Counted from the first letter of the stretch, positions 1 to 10,383 are shown. The stretch: 64,000 bases of DNA from Alphaproteobacteria bacterium (GCA_965225945.1 CBDDBZ010000035.1:346924-410923); one strand, 5' to 3'. Notes: a model not told the origin generated them from the letters alone. Program-made: numbers and translations.

Positions 1-490
1 GCCCGTTCGCCCACCAACTTCAAGGCGCCGGCGTCGGCGATTGCGTAACGCTCACCCGGCTCCGGCGGGCGGCGCGCTTGCTGTAGGCAGAAGGCGCTGA
101 ACTCGGCCGCGCAGTCGGGGCCGAGGCAGGTCAACGGCACCGGGCCGGCGCTTGCCACCAGGGCGAGGGCCTGCGGGGCGGCCATCGCCGCGGCACTCAA
201 AAGAGACAGCGCGCCGGCGCCCGTCAGCGCCAAGGCCAGGTCACGAATCGTTTTCAGCATCGGGCTCGATCCTCGTCCGTCGCGCGAACTCTCGGCGCGT
301 TTCAGGTGCGGCCCCCCGGCCCATCGGAGGGGCCATTTCAATCCGGGTCATGCTCCCACCGGCCATTGGCCGAGTCAACCGAAAGCGGTTGATTCGACTG
401 GCCTTTACGGACCGCCATCAAACCCTTCCCTAGGCTCGGATCATGCTCTGGGTCGGTTGGTATAATGGTCGCGCGATTCGGAGCGAGGCG

Positions 491-1258
491 ATGGCCGACG
501 GAACGACGATCTGGCACGAGCGCGGCGGCGGCGACGGCCTGACGCTCGTCCTCCTGCACGGCCTCGGCGCCAACGGCGCGGTGTGGGACGGCCTCCTGCC
601 CCTCCTCGACGAACATTGGCCGGGGCGATGGATCATCCCCGATTTCCGAGGGCACGGCCGCTCGTTCCATCGCGCGCCCTACGGTATCGGGGTTCACGCG
701 GCCGACGTGGCCGGCCTTTTCCGACAAGGAGACGAGGTGATCCTGGTCGGCCACTCGATGGGCGGCGCCGTCTCGCTCGCCCTCGCCACGGGCATGTTCG
801 GAATCCGAGTGCGCTCCGTCGTCGCCTTCTCCATCAAGGTAGAGTGGAGCGAGGACGATCGTTCGAGAGCCGGCAAGATCGCTGCCGCGCCGCCCCGCAT
901 GTTCGACGGCCGGGAGGCGGCGGCCGAGCGCTGCCTCCGCGTCGCCGGGCTCCACGATTTGCTGGCGCCGACAGCACGCGTCGCGACCGTCGGCGTTGCC
1001 GAGGAAGAGGGCCGGTTTAGATTGGCGACCGATCCCCTCGTCAACGCCATCGGCGCCTATGACCTTGCCGCGATGACGCGGGCGGCGCGCGCGCCCCTAC
1101 GTCTTCTCGCCACGGAGAACGACCCCGTCGGACCCGTGACCGGCATGCGACGTCTCGGCCGGGAGGTCGAGGTGCTGCCCCGCCTCGGACACAATCCGCA
1201 CGTGGAAGCGCCGGCGGTCTTCTGGCGAGCTGTCGCCGACCATCTGCTCGCGGCGTAG
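491..1258 (+). CDS. alpha/beta fold hydrolase
   Basis: LLHGLG, DFRGHGRS, GHSMGG nucleophile elbow, C-terminal GHNPH; start moved to ATG 491 after GAGG. Confidence 0.9.
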   Translation: MADGTTIWHERGGGDGLTLVLLHGLGANGAVWDGLLPLLDEHWPGRWIIPDFRGHGRSFHRAPYGIGVHAADVAGLFRQGDEVILVGHSMGGAVSLALATGMFGIRVRSVVAFSIKVEWSEDDRSRAGKIAAAPPRMFDGREAAAERCLRVAGLHDLLAPTARVATVGVAEEEGRFRLATDPLVNAIGAYDLAAMTRAARAPLRLLATENDPVGPVTGMRRLGREVEVLPRLGHNPHVEAPAVFWRAVADHLLAA

Positions 1259-1844
1259 GCGAAGCGGCCACGTGACGGCTTGCCCAAGGGCGTGGGTTTC
1301 ACGACTATCGCTTCCACGCCCGGTGCGCCCGGGTGGTGTCGAAGAAATGGAGAAAAGCCCATGCGCATCGGTCTTGCGACTCCGCTTCCCGCCTACACCA
1401 TCGACCCGGCGTTCATGGCACGAAAGGCCGAAGAGCTGGGGTTCGACTCGATCTGGTACGCCGAGCATCCGGCCGTTCCCGTCGAGAGCGACAGCCCCTT
1501 TCCGGCCACGGGCGGCGAGATTCCGTGGACCTACTCGCATTTCACCGACCCCTATATCGCGCTGGCGCGGGCCTCCGCCGTCACCACGACCCTGTTGCTC
1601 GCGACGGGCATCACCCTGGTTCCGCAGCGCAACCCGCTACTCCTGGCCAAGGAAGTGGCGGCCCTCGACCACCACAGCGGCGGACGCGCCATTCTCGGCG
1701 TCGGGACCGGCTGGTTGCGCGAAGAGGTCGAGATCTTCGGCGGCGACTTCCCCCGTCGTTGGACCCAGACCCGCGAGGCGCTGGACGTCATGAAGGCGCT
1801 CTGGACCAACGATATCGCCGAATTTCACGGCCAGTACTACGATT

Positions 1845-2599
1845 CTTGCCTATCCGGTTATCACCCACACCCACTATATGTAGTGTGCACCCATTTTCCT
1901 GAGTAAAGCTCGGTGCAGGTCGAAGCGGAGATATCTCCGGCGATGCCGAGCAGGGACTCGGACGGCATTGTAGCGCCTTTTAGGCGACACTTTAGCGTGG
2001 TGGAAATCCTAATCATTGAGTCGGATTTGGCAAAACGCCACGTTGCATAAAGGACCGTCACTTCATTGAAATTTATCTGAAATCGGAGGTGAACGACACC
2101 GATGGAATATTCCAGGAAATCAGAGCTTCATTGAATTGTAGGATTCGAGTGCCGGATTATTCACAAATAGCTCTGTGAACTGGTTTTCAAGTTCGCTCAA
2201 TACGTCATATGAAGTAAACGGATTGAGGATCACGTTCTTGCGTGTCGCTTCGTCTTCGCTGCGACTCAAAACGCGCAGGAGACTAACAGGCGCGGACGGG
2301 TTCTTCGCAACGATTCGTGCCAGCGCGTCGCTTTCTTCGACTAGTGCCGTCAATCGCTCAGACGATGTCGTTTCATCAGCAGCTTCCCGTCTGGCCGTGG
2401 GTTTCTTCGTTTTTCCCTTGGTCGCCACCGTTCCGTCCCCCGATGTTAAGTACGTGACGTGAATTAAACTCCGGTTCGGTTTTCAGAACAATCAAGAATT
2501 AGCCGGATCGCCTCCTCAATGCGCCTGCGCCGGCCCTTGCCTGCAGTCCAAGGAGACACACTACATATAGTGGGTGTGGGTGATAACCGGATAGGCAAG
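1845..2599. mobile_element. Non-autonomous insertion cassette (MIC/MITE-like), IS1595-family ISSod11-type ends
   Basis: Perfect 43-bp TIRs at 1845-1887 and 2557-2599 (CTTGCCTATCCGGTTATCACCCACACCCACTATATGTAGTGTG); 8-bp target duplication CTACGATT at 1837-1844 and 2600-2607; lower GC; no transposase inside. Confidence 0.93.
2120..2428 (-). CDS. Small leucine-rich-repeat-variant (LRV)-like passenger protein
   Basis: Repeated VAKNPSAPVSLLRVLS / VILNPFTSYDVLSEL / VNNPAL motif typical of LRV repeats; GTG start with purine-rich RBS. Confidence 0.6.
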   Translation of the reverse strand: MATKGKTKKPTARREAADETTSSERLTALVEESDALARIVAKNPSAPVSLLRVLSRSEDEATRKNVILNPFTSYDVLSELENQFTELFVNNPALESYNSMKL

Positions 2600-3044
2600 C
2601 TACGATTTTCCGCCCGTCCGCTCTTTCCCGAAGCCGGCGCAAAAGCCCCACCCCCCGATCGTCATCGGCGGCGCGGCGAAGAACGTCTTGAAGCGCATCG
2701 TGGCGCACGCCGACGGCTGGCTGCCGAACCGGATCACGCCCGGCGATCTGGAAGTCCGTCGCCGCGAGCTCGACGAACTGGCACGGGCCGCCGGCCGCGA
2801 TCCCGAATCGATCACGATCTCCGTCTACGGCCAGCAGCCCGACCCCGCCCTGGTCCGATCGCTCATCGACGCGGGCGCGTATCGCGTCGTCGTGCGGCCG
2901 AACCATGTCGACACCGAGGCGGAGATGGGCGCGCAACTCGAAGGTATCGCCGAAGCCCTGTTCTAGCCCATGATCCGGCCGGTTGGCGACGTTGGCGCCG
3001 AGCACGCCCGAAGGACCACCAGCAACGAGGTGAGGCCCGAAGCG

Positions 3045-4046
3045 ATGACCCTAGACGTCGCCATGTACCATATCGCCCACGAACGCGTCGCCGATCGTCT
3101 GGCCGCGCTCGAGCTCCCCGTTCGCGTCCTTCCGCTGCACGAAGACGGCACCTGCCGGGTCGACGGCGAAAACCTGCCGCTCGGCGAGGTCGCGCCGGAG
3201 GCAGTCTGGCTCAGCCTGGAAGTGGCAACTAGCGGCCTGTTCGATGCCTGCATGGAGGCGGTCGCGGCCTCATCGACGGTGAAGTGGCTGCAGACCTTCA
3301 ACGCCGGTCTCGACCACCCGGGCTATCGGGCCATCGCCGCCGCCGGCATCCGCATCGGCGCCAGCAGCGCCCAGGCCGTGGCGATCGCGGAATACACCTT
3401 CGCCCAAGTGCTGAGCCTCTATCAGCCGATTGAGGCCCAGCGCGAGGCCCAGGCGCGCCGCGAATGGAAGCAGCTCGGCTTCCGCGAGCTTTCGCGCTCG
3501 ACCTGGGTCATCGTCGGTTACGGCAACATCGGCCAGGAAGTCGGGTCAAGAGCCAAGGCGTTCGGGGCCCGGGTGCTGGCGGTGCGCCGCCGGGCCACGC
3601 CCTCGGGCCATGCCGACGCGGTCGGCACGCAAGCCGATCTGCCGGCCTATCTGGCCCAGGGCGACGTCGTGGTCCTGTCCTGCCCCCACACAGCCGAGAC
3701 CGACCGCATGGTCGACCGGGACTTCCTCGGCGCGATGAAACGGGGCGCGATCCTGGTCAACGTCGCGCGTGGCGGCGTGATCGACGACGAGGCCCTGCTG
3801 GCGGCACTCGACGAAGGCAAGCTCCAGGCCGCCGTGCTCGACGTCTTCGATCCCGAACCGTTGCCGAGGAATAGCCGCTATTGGGACCATCCGAGGGTGC
3901 GCCTCACCGCGCACTCCTCCTTCGCCGGCGAGGCCACGGCGGAACGCGGCGACGCGCTCTTTCTCGCCAACCTGGCGCGCTATCTCGCCGGCGAGCCGCT
4001 GATCAACGAGGTCGATCTCGCGGTCTATCTCGACACCCTGCGCTGA
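3045..4046 (+). CDS. D-2-hydroxyacid dehydrogenase family protein
   Basis: GYGNIG NAD-binding motif, LVNVARGGVIDDEAL, LDVFDPEPLP, TAH. Confidence 0.92.
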   Translation: MTLDVAMYHIAHERVADRLAALELPVRVLPLHEDGTCRVDGENLPLGEVAPEAVWLSLEVATSGLFDACMEAVAASSTVKWLQTFNAGLDHPGYRAIAAAGIRIGASSAQAVAIAEYTFAQVLSLYQPIEAQREAQARREWKQLGFRELSRSTWVIVGYGNIGQEVGSRAKAFGARVLAVRRRATPSGHADAVGTQADLPAYLAQGDVVVLSCPHTAETDRMVDRDFLGAMKRGAILVNVARGGVIDDEALLAALDEGKLQAAVLDVFDPEPLPRNSRYWDHPRVRLTAHSSFAGEATAERGDALFLANLARYLAGEPLINEVDLAVYLDTLR

Positions 4047-4157
4047 GGCCGACGTCCCAGCGGGCTATCCCGGTGCCGCTCGGCAGTCGTACCATGTCGT
4101 TCGACCGGGCGGGCACATGCGTCGTCGGCCGCTGATGCGCATTTCAAGAGGGAGACG

Positions 4158-5084
4158 GTGATGAAGGCGGCGCTGATCGAAAGACACGGCGGGCCGGAGG
4201 AGCTGGTGTATGGCGATGTGCCCGATCCGACCGCCGGGCCGGGCGAGATCGTCGTCGACGTCCATGCGGCGAGCGTCAACGCCGCCGACTGGAAGGTCCG
4301 CTCCGACAGCTACGGCTCGAGTTTGACCTTCCCCTATGTCCTGGGGCGGGACTTTTCCGGCCTCGTCGCCGAGCTCGGCCCCGGCGTCGAGGATTTCGCG
4401 GCGGGCGACGCGGTCTTCGGCGTCTGCGACGCCGGCCAGGAAGGGGCCTATGCCGAGAAGTTGGCGATCAAGGCCGCCATCGTCGCGGCCAAACCGGACT
4501 CGCTCTCACACCTCGAGGCGGCCTCGCTGGCGCTGATCGGCCTCACCGCCCTGATCGCCGTCGAGGACACCCTCGAACTCCGGGCCGGCGAGACGATCCT
4601 GATCCAGGGCGGCGCCGGCGGTGTCGCCGGCTTCGCCGTGCAGCTCGCCAAGCACATCGGTGCCCGGGTGATCACCACGGCGAGCGCCGCCAACCACGAC
4701 TATCTGCGCGACCTCGGCGCCGACGAGATCATCGACTATAACGCCCGGGATTTCACCGAGGTGGTGTCGGACTGCGACGCGGTATTCGATACCGTCGGCG
4801 GCGACGTCGCCGATCGCTCGTTCCGGGTGCTGAGGTCCGGCGGACGCGCCGCCTTCATCGCCTCCGGTGGCCAGGCACCCACGCCGCCCGGCGACGACGT
4901 CCGCGCCCTTCGGCCCAATGTCGGGCGCGATCGCCCGCATCTGGAGCGCATCGTCGAACTGGTCGCGGCCGGCGCGGTGCGCGTGCCGGAGATCACGCGC
5001 TATCCCCTGGCCGAGGCGGCGGCGGCGCATCGGGTCAGCGAGGCGCGCCACCTGAGGGGCAAGCTGGTCTTCGAAGTGCGCTAG
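4158..5084 (+). CDS. NADP-dependent (MDR/quinone) oxidoreductase
   Basis: AASVNAADWK, LGRDFSG, GGAGGVAGFAVQLAK, GKLV; AGGGAG RBS. Confidence 0.92.
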   Translation: MMKAALIERHGGPEELVYGDVPDPTAGPGEIVVDVHAASVNAADWKVRSDSYGSSLTFPYVLGRDFSGLVAELGPGVEDFAAGDAVFGVCDAGQEGAYAEKLAIKAAIVAAKPDSLSHLEAASLALIGLTALIAVEDTLELRAGETILIQGGAGGVAGFAVQLAKHIGARVITTASAANHDYLRDLGADEIIDYNARDFTEVVSDCDAVFDTVGGDVADRSFRVLRSGGRAAFIASGGQAPTPPGDDVRALRPNVGRDRPHLERIVELVAAGAVRVPEITRYPLAEAAAAHRVSEARHLRGKLVFEVR

Positions 5085-5108
5085 TCTAGCTACCAAGAGG
5101 AGGGACTG

Positions 5109-5927
5109 ATGGACTTGGGACTCGAGGGACGCAAGGCGATCGTCGGCGGCGGCAGCCGCGGCATCGGCAAGGCGATCGCGTGGGAGCTCGCCCGCGAGGG
5201 CGTCGACATGGTTCTGGCCTCTCGTTCGCCGGGCGAGCTCGAGGCGAGCGCGGATGAAATCGGCCGGGCGACGGGGCGCCGGGTCGTCGCCCTCACCTGC
5301 GACGTCACCGACCGAGGCGCGGTCGACGCCATGGTCGCTTCCGCGGTCGAGAGCTTGGGCGGCCTCGACATTCTGATCAACAGCGCCTCCTTGCCGGGCG
5401 GCTCGCCCACGGCGATCGGGCCGATCGACGAAATCGTCGACGAGGACCTGCTGGCCGACTTCGACGTCAAGTACATGGGCGCGCTGCGCTGCACGCGGGC
5501 GGCGATCCCGCACATGAAGGCGGGCGGTTGGGGCCGCATCATCAACATCTCCGGCACCAACGCGCGGATCCCCGGGAACCTGAGCGGCGGCGCCCGCAAC
5601 ACCTCGCTCGTCCACATGACCCGGACGCTGGCGCTACAGCTCGGCCGCGACGGCATCACGGTCAACTGCATTCACCCCGGCGTCACCCGGACGGAACGAA
5701 CGCCCTCCCTGCTCGGCGCCAGGGCGGCGACGCAAGGGATCACGCCCGAGGAACTCGAGACCCGCGACTTCGCCCCCGAGGGCGCGAACAGCAACGCGAT
5801 CGGCCGCATGGTGGAGGCCTCGGAGGTCGCCTATGTGGCGGTCTTCCTCGCCTCGGAACAGGCGCGGGCACTGACCGGCGAGCTGCTGGTGGCGAACGGC
5901 GGCGCGATGAAGGCGGTCTACTACTAG
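5109..5927 (+). CDS. SDR family oxidoreductase
   Basis: GGSRGIG, LDILINSA, GITVNCIHPG. Confidence 0.92.
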   Translation: MDLGLEGRKAIVGGGSRGIGKAIAWELAREGVDMVLASRSPGELEASADEIGRATGRRVVALTCDVTDRGAVDAMVASAVESLGGLDILINSASLPGGSPTAIGPIDEIVDEDLLADFDVKYMGALRCTRAAIPHMKAGGWGRIINISGTNARIPGNLSGGARNTSLVHMTRTLALQLGRDGITVNCIHPGVTRTERTPSLLGARAATQGITPEELETRDFAPEGANSNAIGRMVEASEVAYVAVFLASEQARALTGELLVANGGAMKAVYY

Positions 5928-5976
5928 GCCCGCATTCCGCCTTGCCTCGACGCGGCCGGGCCCGCAAGGTGGCGGC

Positions 5977-6873
5977 ATGCTACCGCCGATAGTTCACCAT
6001 CCCGGCTATGTCGCCCCCTTGCCCGACGGACATCGCTTTCCGATGGCCAAGTTCGCCCGCCTGCGCGAGGTGCTGGCCGAAGCGGGCGCCGGGGCGCCGC
6101 TGGCACCGAAACCGGCGCCCGCCGCATGGCTGGCGCTGGCGCATGATCGGAGCTACGTGGAGGCCATCCTCGGGCTGACCGCCGGACCGGAGATCATGCG
6201 CCGGATCGGCCTGCCGCTCTCGCCGGCGCTGGCGCTGCGCTCGCGCCTCGCGGTCGCGGGCACGGTGCTGACGGGCAAGTTGGCGCTCGAGCACGGCATC
6301 GCTTGCAATACCGCCGGCGGCAGCCACCACGCGGGCCATGCCCACGGCGCCGGCTTCTGCGTCTTCAACGATGTCGCGGTCGCCGCCCGGCTGCTCCGCG
6401 CCGAGGCCCGGGTGAATCGCGTCCTGGTCGTCGATCTCGACGTGCATCAGGGCGACGGCACGGCGGAGATCCTCGCCGACGATCCCTCGATCTTCACCTT
6501 CTCGATGCATTGCGAGCGGAACTATCCGGCCCGCAAACGGCGGAGCGACCTCGATCTGGGGCTCGACGAGGGCACCGGCGATGCCGACTATCTGGCGATC
6601 CTGGAACGTCACCTGCCGGCGCTGATCGCCCGCGTGCTGCCGGATATCGTCTTCTACAACGCCGGCGTCGATCCCCATGTCGACGATTCGCTGGGCAAGC
6701 TGGCGCTCAGCGATACGGGCCTGCTCGCCCGCGAGCGCCTGGTCGTGACCTGCTGTCGGCGCGCGGGCGTGCCGCTCGCGACCGTCGTCGGTGGCGGCTA
6801 CGCGAGGGACGCGCTGGCGCTGGCGCGTCGTCATGCGCTGGTGTACCAGGCGGCGCGCGAGGCGCTCGCCTAG
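5977..6873 (+). CDS. Histone deacetylase family protein
   Basis: HRFPMAK, GGSHHA, GFCVFND, DLDVHQGDGT, GGGY. Confidence 0.93.
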   Translation: MLPPIVHHPGYVAPLPDGHRFPMAKFARLREVLAEAGAGAPLAPKPAPAAWLALAHDRSYVEAILGLTAGPEIMRRIGLPLSPALALRSRLAVAGTVLTGKLALEHGIACNTAGGSHHAGHAHGAGFCVFNDVAVAARLLRAEARVNRVLVVDLDVHQGDGTAEILADDPSIFTFSMHCERNYPARKRRSDLDLGLDEGTGDADYLAILERHLPALIARVLPDIVFYNAGVDPHVDDSLGKLALSDTGLLARERLVVTCCRRAGVPLATVVGGGYARDALALARRHALVYQAAREALA

Positions 6874-6986
6874 ATCTCCCGAGGTAGCGTTTCCCCGCTT
6901 GTTCGGGCGCTGGCCCGGCCGCTATAGTCGGCCATCGGGCGACGCCGGGCCTCCGGCCTCGCCCGCGTCAGGGAGGGTTCCTAGCG

Positions 6987-8144
6987 ATGCGTGATTTCAG
7001 GCGAATGGCAATGGCTGGCGTGGTCACGGCGGCGCTGCTGACGGCGGCCGCGACGGCGGGTGCGCATGACGCGAGGTTTCACCTCTACGTCCCCAACATG
7101 GCCTCCGACTCCGTCGCCGTGATCGACACGCGCGACAATCGGGTGATCGAGCGCATCGCCGTGGGCAAGACGCCGCATCAGGTCTCGCTCTCGCACGAGA
7201 CGCATCGAATGATCACCTCCAACACCGGTGACGACACGGTCTCCATCCACGATTTGGACACGCGCGCATTGGTCGCGACGCTCGTCCTCGACGCCGAGCC
7301 CGAGCACATGGCGCTGGCGCCCGACGGGAGAAGCGTCGCGATCGGCAACATCGCCGCCGGCACGGTCTCGCTCGTCGACCTCCGAGAAGCGCGGGAGACG
7401 GCGCGGATCGAGGGCTTGGCGCAGCCACACAATCTCACCTATTCGCCGGACGGCGGTCGCCTCTATGTCGCCAACCTGGGCGCCGACCACATCAGCGTGG
7501 TCGACGTCGCCTCGGCCCGGGTGATCGACGAGATCGCGGTCGGCGAGGGCGCCGCCGTCGCCTCGGCCCGAGGCGCGGAGGAATACCAGGGCATCATCGC
7601 GGTGACACCGACGCCGGACGGCAAGCTCGGCTTCGCGGCGCATGGGGAAAGCGGCAAGCTCGCCGTCGTCGATCTCCAGACCGGCGCCAAGCTCGCCTCG
7701 CTGCAACTCGGGCGGCAGCCTTGGCGCGCCTACGCCTCGCCCGACGGCCGCCACATGGTGGTGCCGAACAACGGCGACGCCACGGTCTCGGTGATCGACG
7801 TCGCGATCCGCGAGGTGGTCGCCACGCTGCCGGGGGCCGAGGACATGACCGGCGTCAACTTCTCCAACGACGGCCGCCGCGCCCTGGTGCTGAGCCGGGG
7901 CGAGAAGCGGATCATCATCTTGGATTTGGCGCGCCTGGCGCCGATCGGCGCGATCGCGCTGCCCGGAACGCCGGAGACCGGCGTGGTGACGCCGGACGCC
8001 GAGCGGCTCTACATCGCTCTTTCCGACATCGACCGGGTCGCCGTCGTCGATATTCTCCAGGGGCGGGTCGAGAGCTTGATCGACGGCGTCGGCGATGCGC
8101 CTTGGGGCGCCACGCTCGTGGGGGCGCGGAACTACTGCCACTGA
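6987..8144 (+). CDS. Secreted YVTN/YncE-type beta-propeller repeat protein
   Basis: Signal peptide (AGA-HD); repeated LYVxN...SVID, SPDG, GxxP blades. Confidence 0.85.
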   Translation: MRDFRRMAMAGVVTAALLTAAATAGAHDARFHLYVPNMASDSVAVIDTRDNRVIERIAVGKTPHQVSLSHETHRMITSNTGDDTVSIHDLDTRALVATLVLDAEPEHMALAPDGRSVAIGNIAAGTVSLVDLREARETARIEGLAQPHNLTYSPDGGRLYVANLGADHISVVDVASARVIDEIAVGEGAAVASARGAEEYQGIIAVTPTPDGKLGFAAHGESGKLAVVDLQTGAKLASLQLGRQPWRAYASPDGRHMVVPNNGDATVSVIDVAIREVVATLPGAEDMTGVNFSNDGRRALVLSRGEKRIIILDLARLAPIGAIALPGTPETGVVTPDAERLYIALSDIDRVAVVDILQGRVESLIDGVGDAPWGATLVGARNYCH

Positions 8145-8203
8145 AGCCTGATCCGCATCCGCGCGATCGCCCGTTGCCGATCCGCCGTCTCGCGTCGCCG
8201 CCC

Positions 8204-8360
8204 CGGAGCGTGACCCGAGCGCGGGCGCGCGGCGCGCGGGCGGATGGATACCCGGCGCAAATCGGGTTACCCGATGCCGCGACGCGGTAAACCCCCGAAG
8301 CGGAGAGGAGGTGCTCTATGAGTCTGGTCAGGGTCGAGCGCGAAGGCGCGGCGCGGGTGG
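8204..8360 (+). repeat. Diverged direct-repeat copy of the crotonase upstream region and first 14 codons (partner at 9503-9642)
   Basis: Shared CGGAGCGTGACCCGAGCGCGGGC...CCCGGCGCAAATCGGGTTA.CCGATGCCGCGACG...GGAGAGGAGGTGC..ATGAG.CTGGTCAGGGTCGAGCGCGA.GGCGCGGCGCGGGTGG. Confidence 0.9.
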
Positions 8361-8507
8361 CAGGTGGCGTGTCTTGCGGTCACGTACCGGCGCGCCATGA
8401 GGCTTGAAAATCCTCGCGCCACACGCCGACCGGATCGAGCTTCGTGCGCCTGATCGTCATGGGGACATCAAACCGCAATGTGCTATGCTAGCATTGGCGA
8501 AAACATC

Positions 8508-9305
8508 ATGCGCCACCTAATTGCGCTGATCGTCGCTTTAGCCTTCGTGACACCGGCTTGGGCAGATTTCGATGCGGGCATCGCCGCCTATCGTCGGGGC
8601 GACATGGCCGCCGCGCTGCGTGAAATTCGCCCGCTTGCGGAACAGGGCCACGTCAAGGCGCAGATTTGGCTCGGCGTCATCCACGTCCGCGGCGACGGCG
8701 TGCCGCAAGACTCCGACGAAGCTTTGAAGTGGTTTCGTCTGGCCGCGGACCAGGGCGAAGCGGCGGCGCAGCATTTTCTGGCCGTCATGTACGACAAAGG
8801 CATATCCGTGCCGCAGGATCATGGCCAGGCGGTGAAGTGGTTTCGCAAGGCGGCCGACCAAGGTCATGCGGGTGCCCAATTCAGTCTCGGCGCCATGTAC
8901 GAAAAGGGCGAGGGCGTCTCGAAGGACCATGCGGAGGCGATGTCGTGGTACCGGCGTGCGGCCGAACAAGGTCTGGCGCTGGCGCAAAACAATCTCGCCA
9001 GCCTGTACGCAAGAGGGGACGGCGTGCCAAAGAACTACGCCGAGGCGGCTACGTGGTTTACCAAGGCCGCGGAGCAGGGTCATGCGCATGCTCAATACAA
9101 TCTGGGTCTCATGTCTTTGAATGGCGACGGCGTGCCCAAGGACAAGATCAAAGCGTATATGTGGTACAGCCTTGCCGCGCTGCGAAACGTCATGGAGGCC
9201 GGAGTATCCCGCGATGTTATCGTAAAACGCATGAATCCGGACGACTTGGCGGAGGGCAAGCGATTGGTGAAACAATGGCTGGAAAAGCACCCGACATCCA
9301 AGTGA
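8508..9305 (+). CDS. Secreted Sel1-like repeat (SLR) protein
   Basis: Signal peptide AWA-D; several AxxWFxxAAxQGxxxAQxxLG...GxGV repeats; codon usage differs from neighbours. Confidence 0.93.
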   Translation: MRHLIALIVALAFVTPAWADFDAGIAAYRRGDMAAALREIRPLAEQGHVKAQIWLGVIHVRGDGVPQDSDEALKWFRLAADQGEAAAQHFLAVMYDKGISVPQDHGQAVKWFRKAADQGHAGAQFSLGAMYEKGEGVSKDHAEAMSWYRRAAEQGLALAQNNLASLYARGDGVPKNYAEAATWFTKAAEQGHAHAQYNLGLMSLNGDGVPKDKIKAYMWYSLAALRNVMEAGVSRDVIVKRMNPDDLAEGKRLVKQWLEKHPTSK

Positions 9306-9599
9306 GTGGTTGAATACCTCCCGCAATCGCCGGACGAAATCGGTGGCTGGCACGGTCAGGGCAGACGGCGACAGCTGCCCCGCCTAGCCCGACTCGGCCC
9401 TGCCTTCACCCGCTCCCCGATGTCATCGCGCGGCGACACCGGCGCCGACGTCGGCTCGAATCGGCCCTCGACGAAGCGCCTTCTCGCGCTCGGGCAACGG
9501 CGCGGAGCGTGACCCGAGCGCGGGCGGATGGAAACCCGGCGCAAATCGGGTTATCCGATGCCGCGACGAGATTTTTCCGAGGTGGAGAGGAGGTGCGCC

Positions 9600-10355
9600 A
9601 TGAGCCTGGTCAGGGTCGAGCGCGAGGGCGCGGCGCGGGTGGTGACGTTGGCGCGCCCGGAGAAGCGGAACGCCATCAACGCCGAAATGATGGCCGAGCT
9701 CCAGGCCGCCTTCGAGGCCGAGCCCGAGGCCGACGAGCGGCTGGCGGTATTGCGCGCCGAGGGCACGGTGTTCAGCGCCGGCCTACAGCTCGAGCCCTCG
9801 GGTGTGGAGCCGGAGGAGGCCAGCCGCATCGAGGCGATGTTCGATGCCGTCCAGTCCTATCCGCTCCCCGTGGTCGCGGTGGTGCAGGGGCCGGCGATCG
9901 CCGGCGGCTGCGAGCTGGCGCTGCATTGCGATTTCGTCGTCGCCGACGAGACCGCGCCCTTCGCCATGCCGCTGGCCCAGCTCGGCGTCACCACCACCTG
10001 GTTCCTGACCAAGAAGCTGATGGAGGCGGCGGGCCCGGTGACGACGCGGGAATTCCTGCTTCTCGGCGAGCCGCTGAGCGCGGGGCGGCTGCACCAGCTC
10101 GGCATCATCGCCCGGGCCGGGCCGGCGGCGGAGCTGGAGGCGCTGGCCGGCGCCATCGTCGCGCGTCTGGCGCGCAACGCGCCGCTCTCGATGCGGACGA
10201 TGAAGGCGATAATGTTGCAGCAGGCCTCATTCTATTGCGACATCGCGCACCCCGAGTGCAATGTCATGGTCGACGCCGTCTTCGCCAGCACCGACGCGCG
10301 CGAGGGTGTCGGTGCCAAGGTCGAACGGCGCGCGGCGACGTTTACCGGGCGCTAG
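9600..10355 (+). CDS. Enoyl-CoA hydratase/isomerase (crotonase) family protein
   Basis: LARPEKRNAIN, FSAG, GPAIAGGCELAL, DAREGV; GGAGG RBS. Confidence 0.92.
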   Translation: MSLVRVEREGAARVVTLARPEKRNAINAEMMAELQAAFEAEPEADERLAVLRAEGTVFSAGLQLEPSGVEPEEASRIEAMFDAVQSYPLPVVAVVQGPAIAGGCELALHCDFVVADETAPFAMPLAQLGVTTTWFLTKKLMEAAGPVTTREFLLLGEPLSAGRLHQLGIIARAGPAAELEALAGAIVARLARNAPLSMRTMKAIMLQQASFYCDIAHPECNVMVDAVFASTDAREGVGAKVERRAATFTGR

Positions 10356-10383
10356 CGCGCCGTCCGAGCCGTCCCGACGGGCT

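Larger units (their letters stand above)
1361..2966 (+). pseudogene. LLM-class (luciferase-like) flavin/F420-dependent oxidoreductase, split by a 755-bp insertion
   Basis: AEELGFDSIWYAEH...SGGRAILGVGTGW before the insertion; removing 1845-2607 restores an in-frame QYYDFPPVRSFPKPAQKPHPPIVIGG...ADGWLP to stop 2966. Confidence 0.92.

Noticed and set aside
1-48. 3' end of an upstream CDS
   Set aside because: Only 15 codons are visible, too few to assign.
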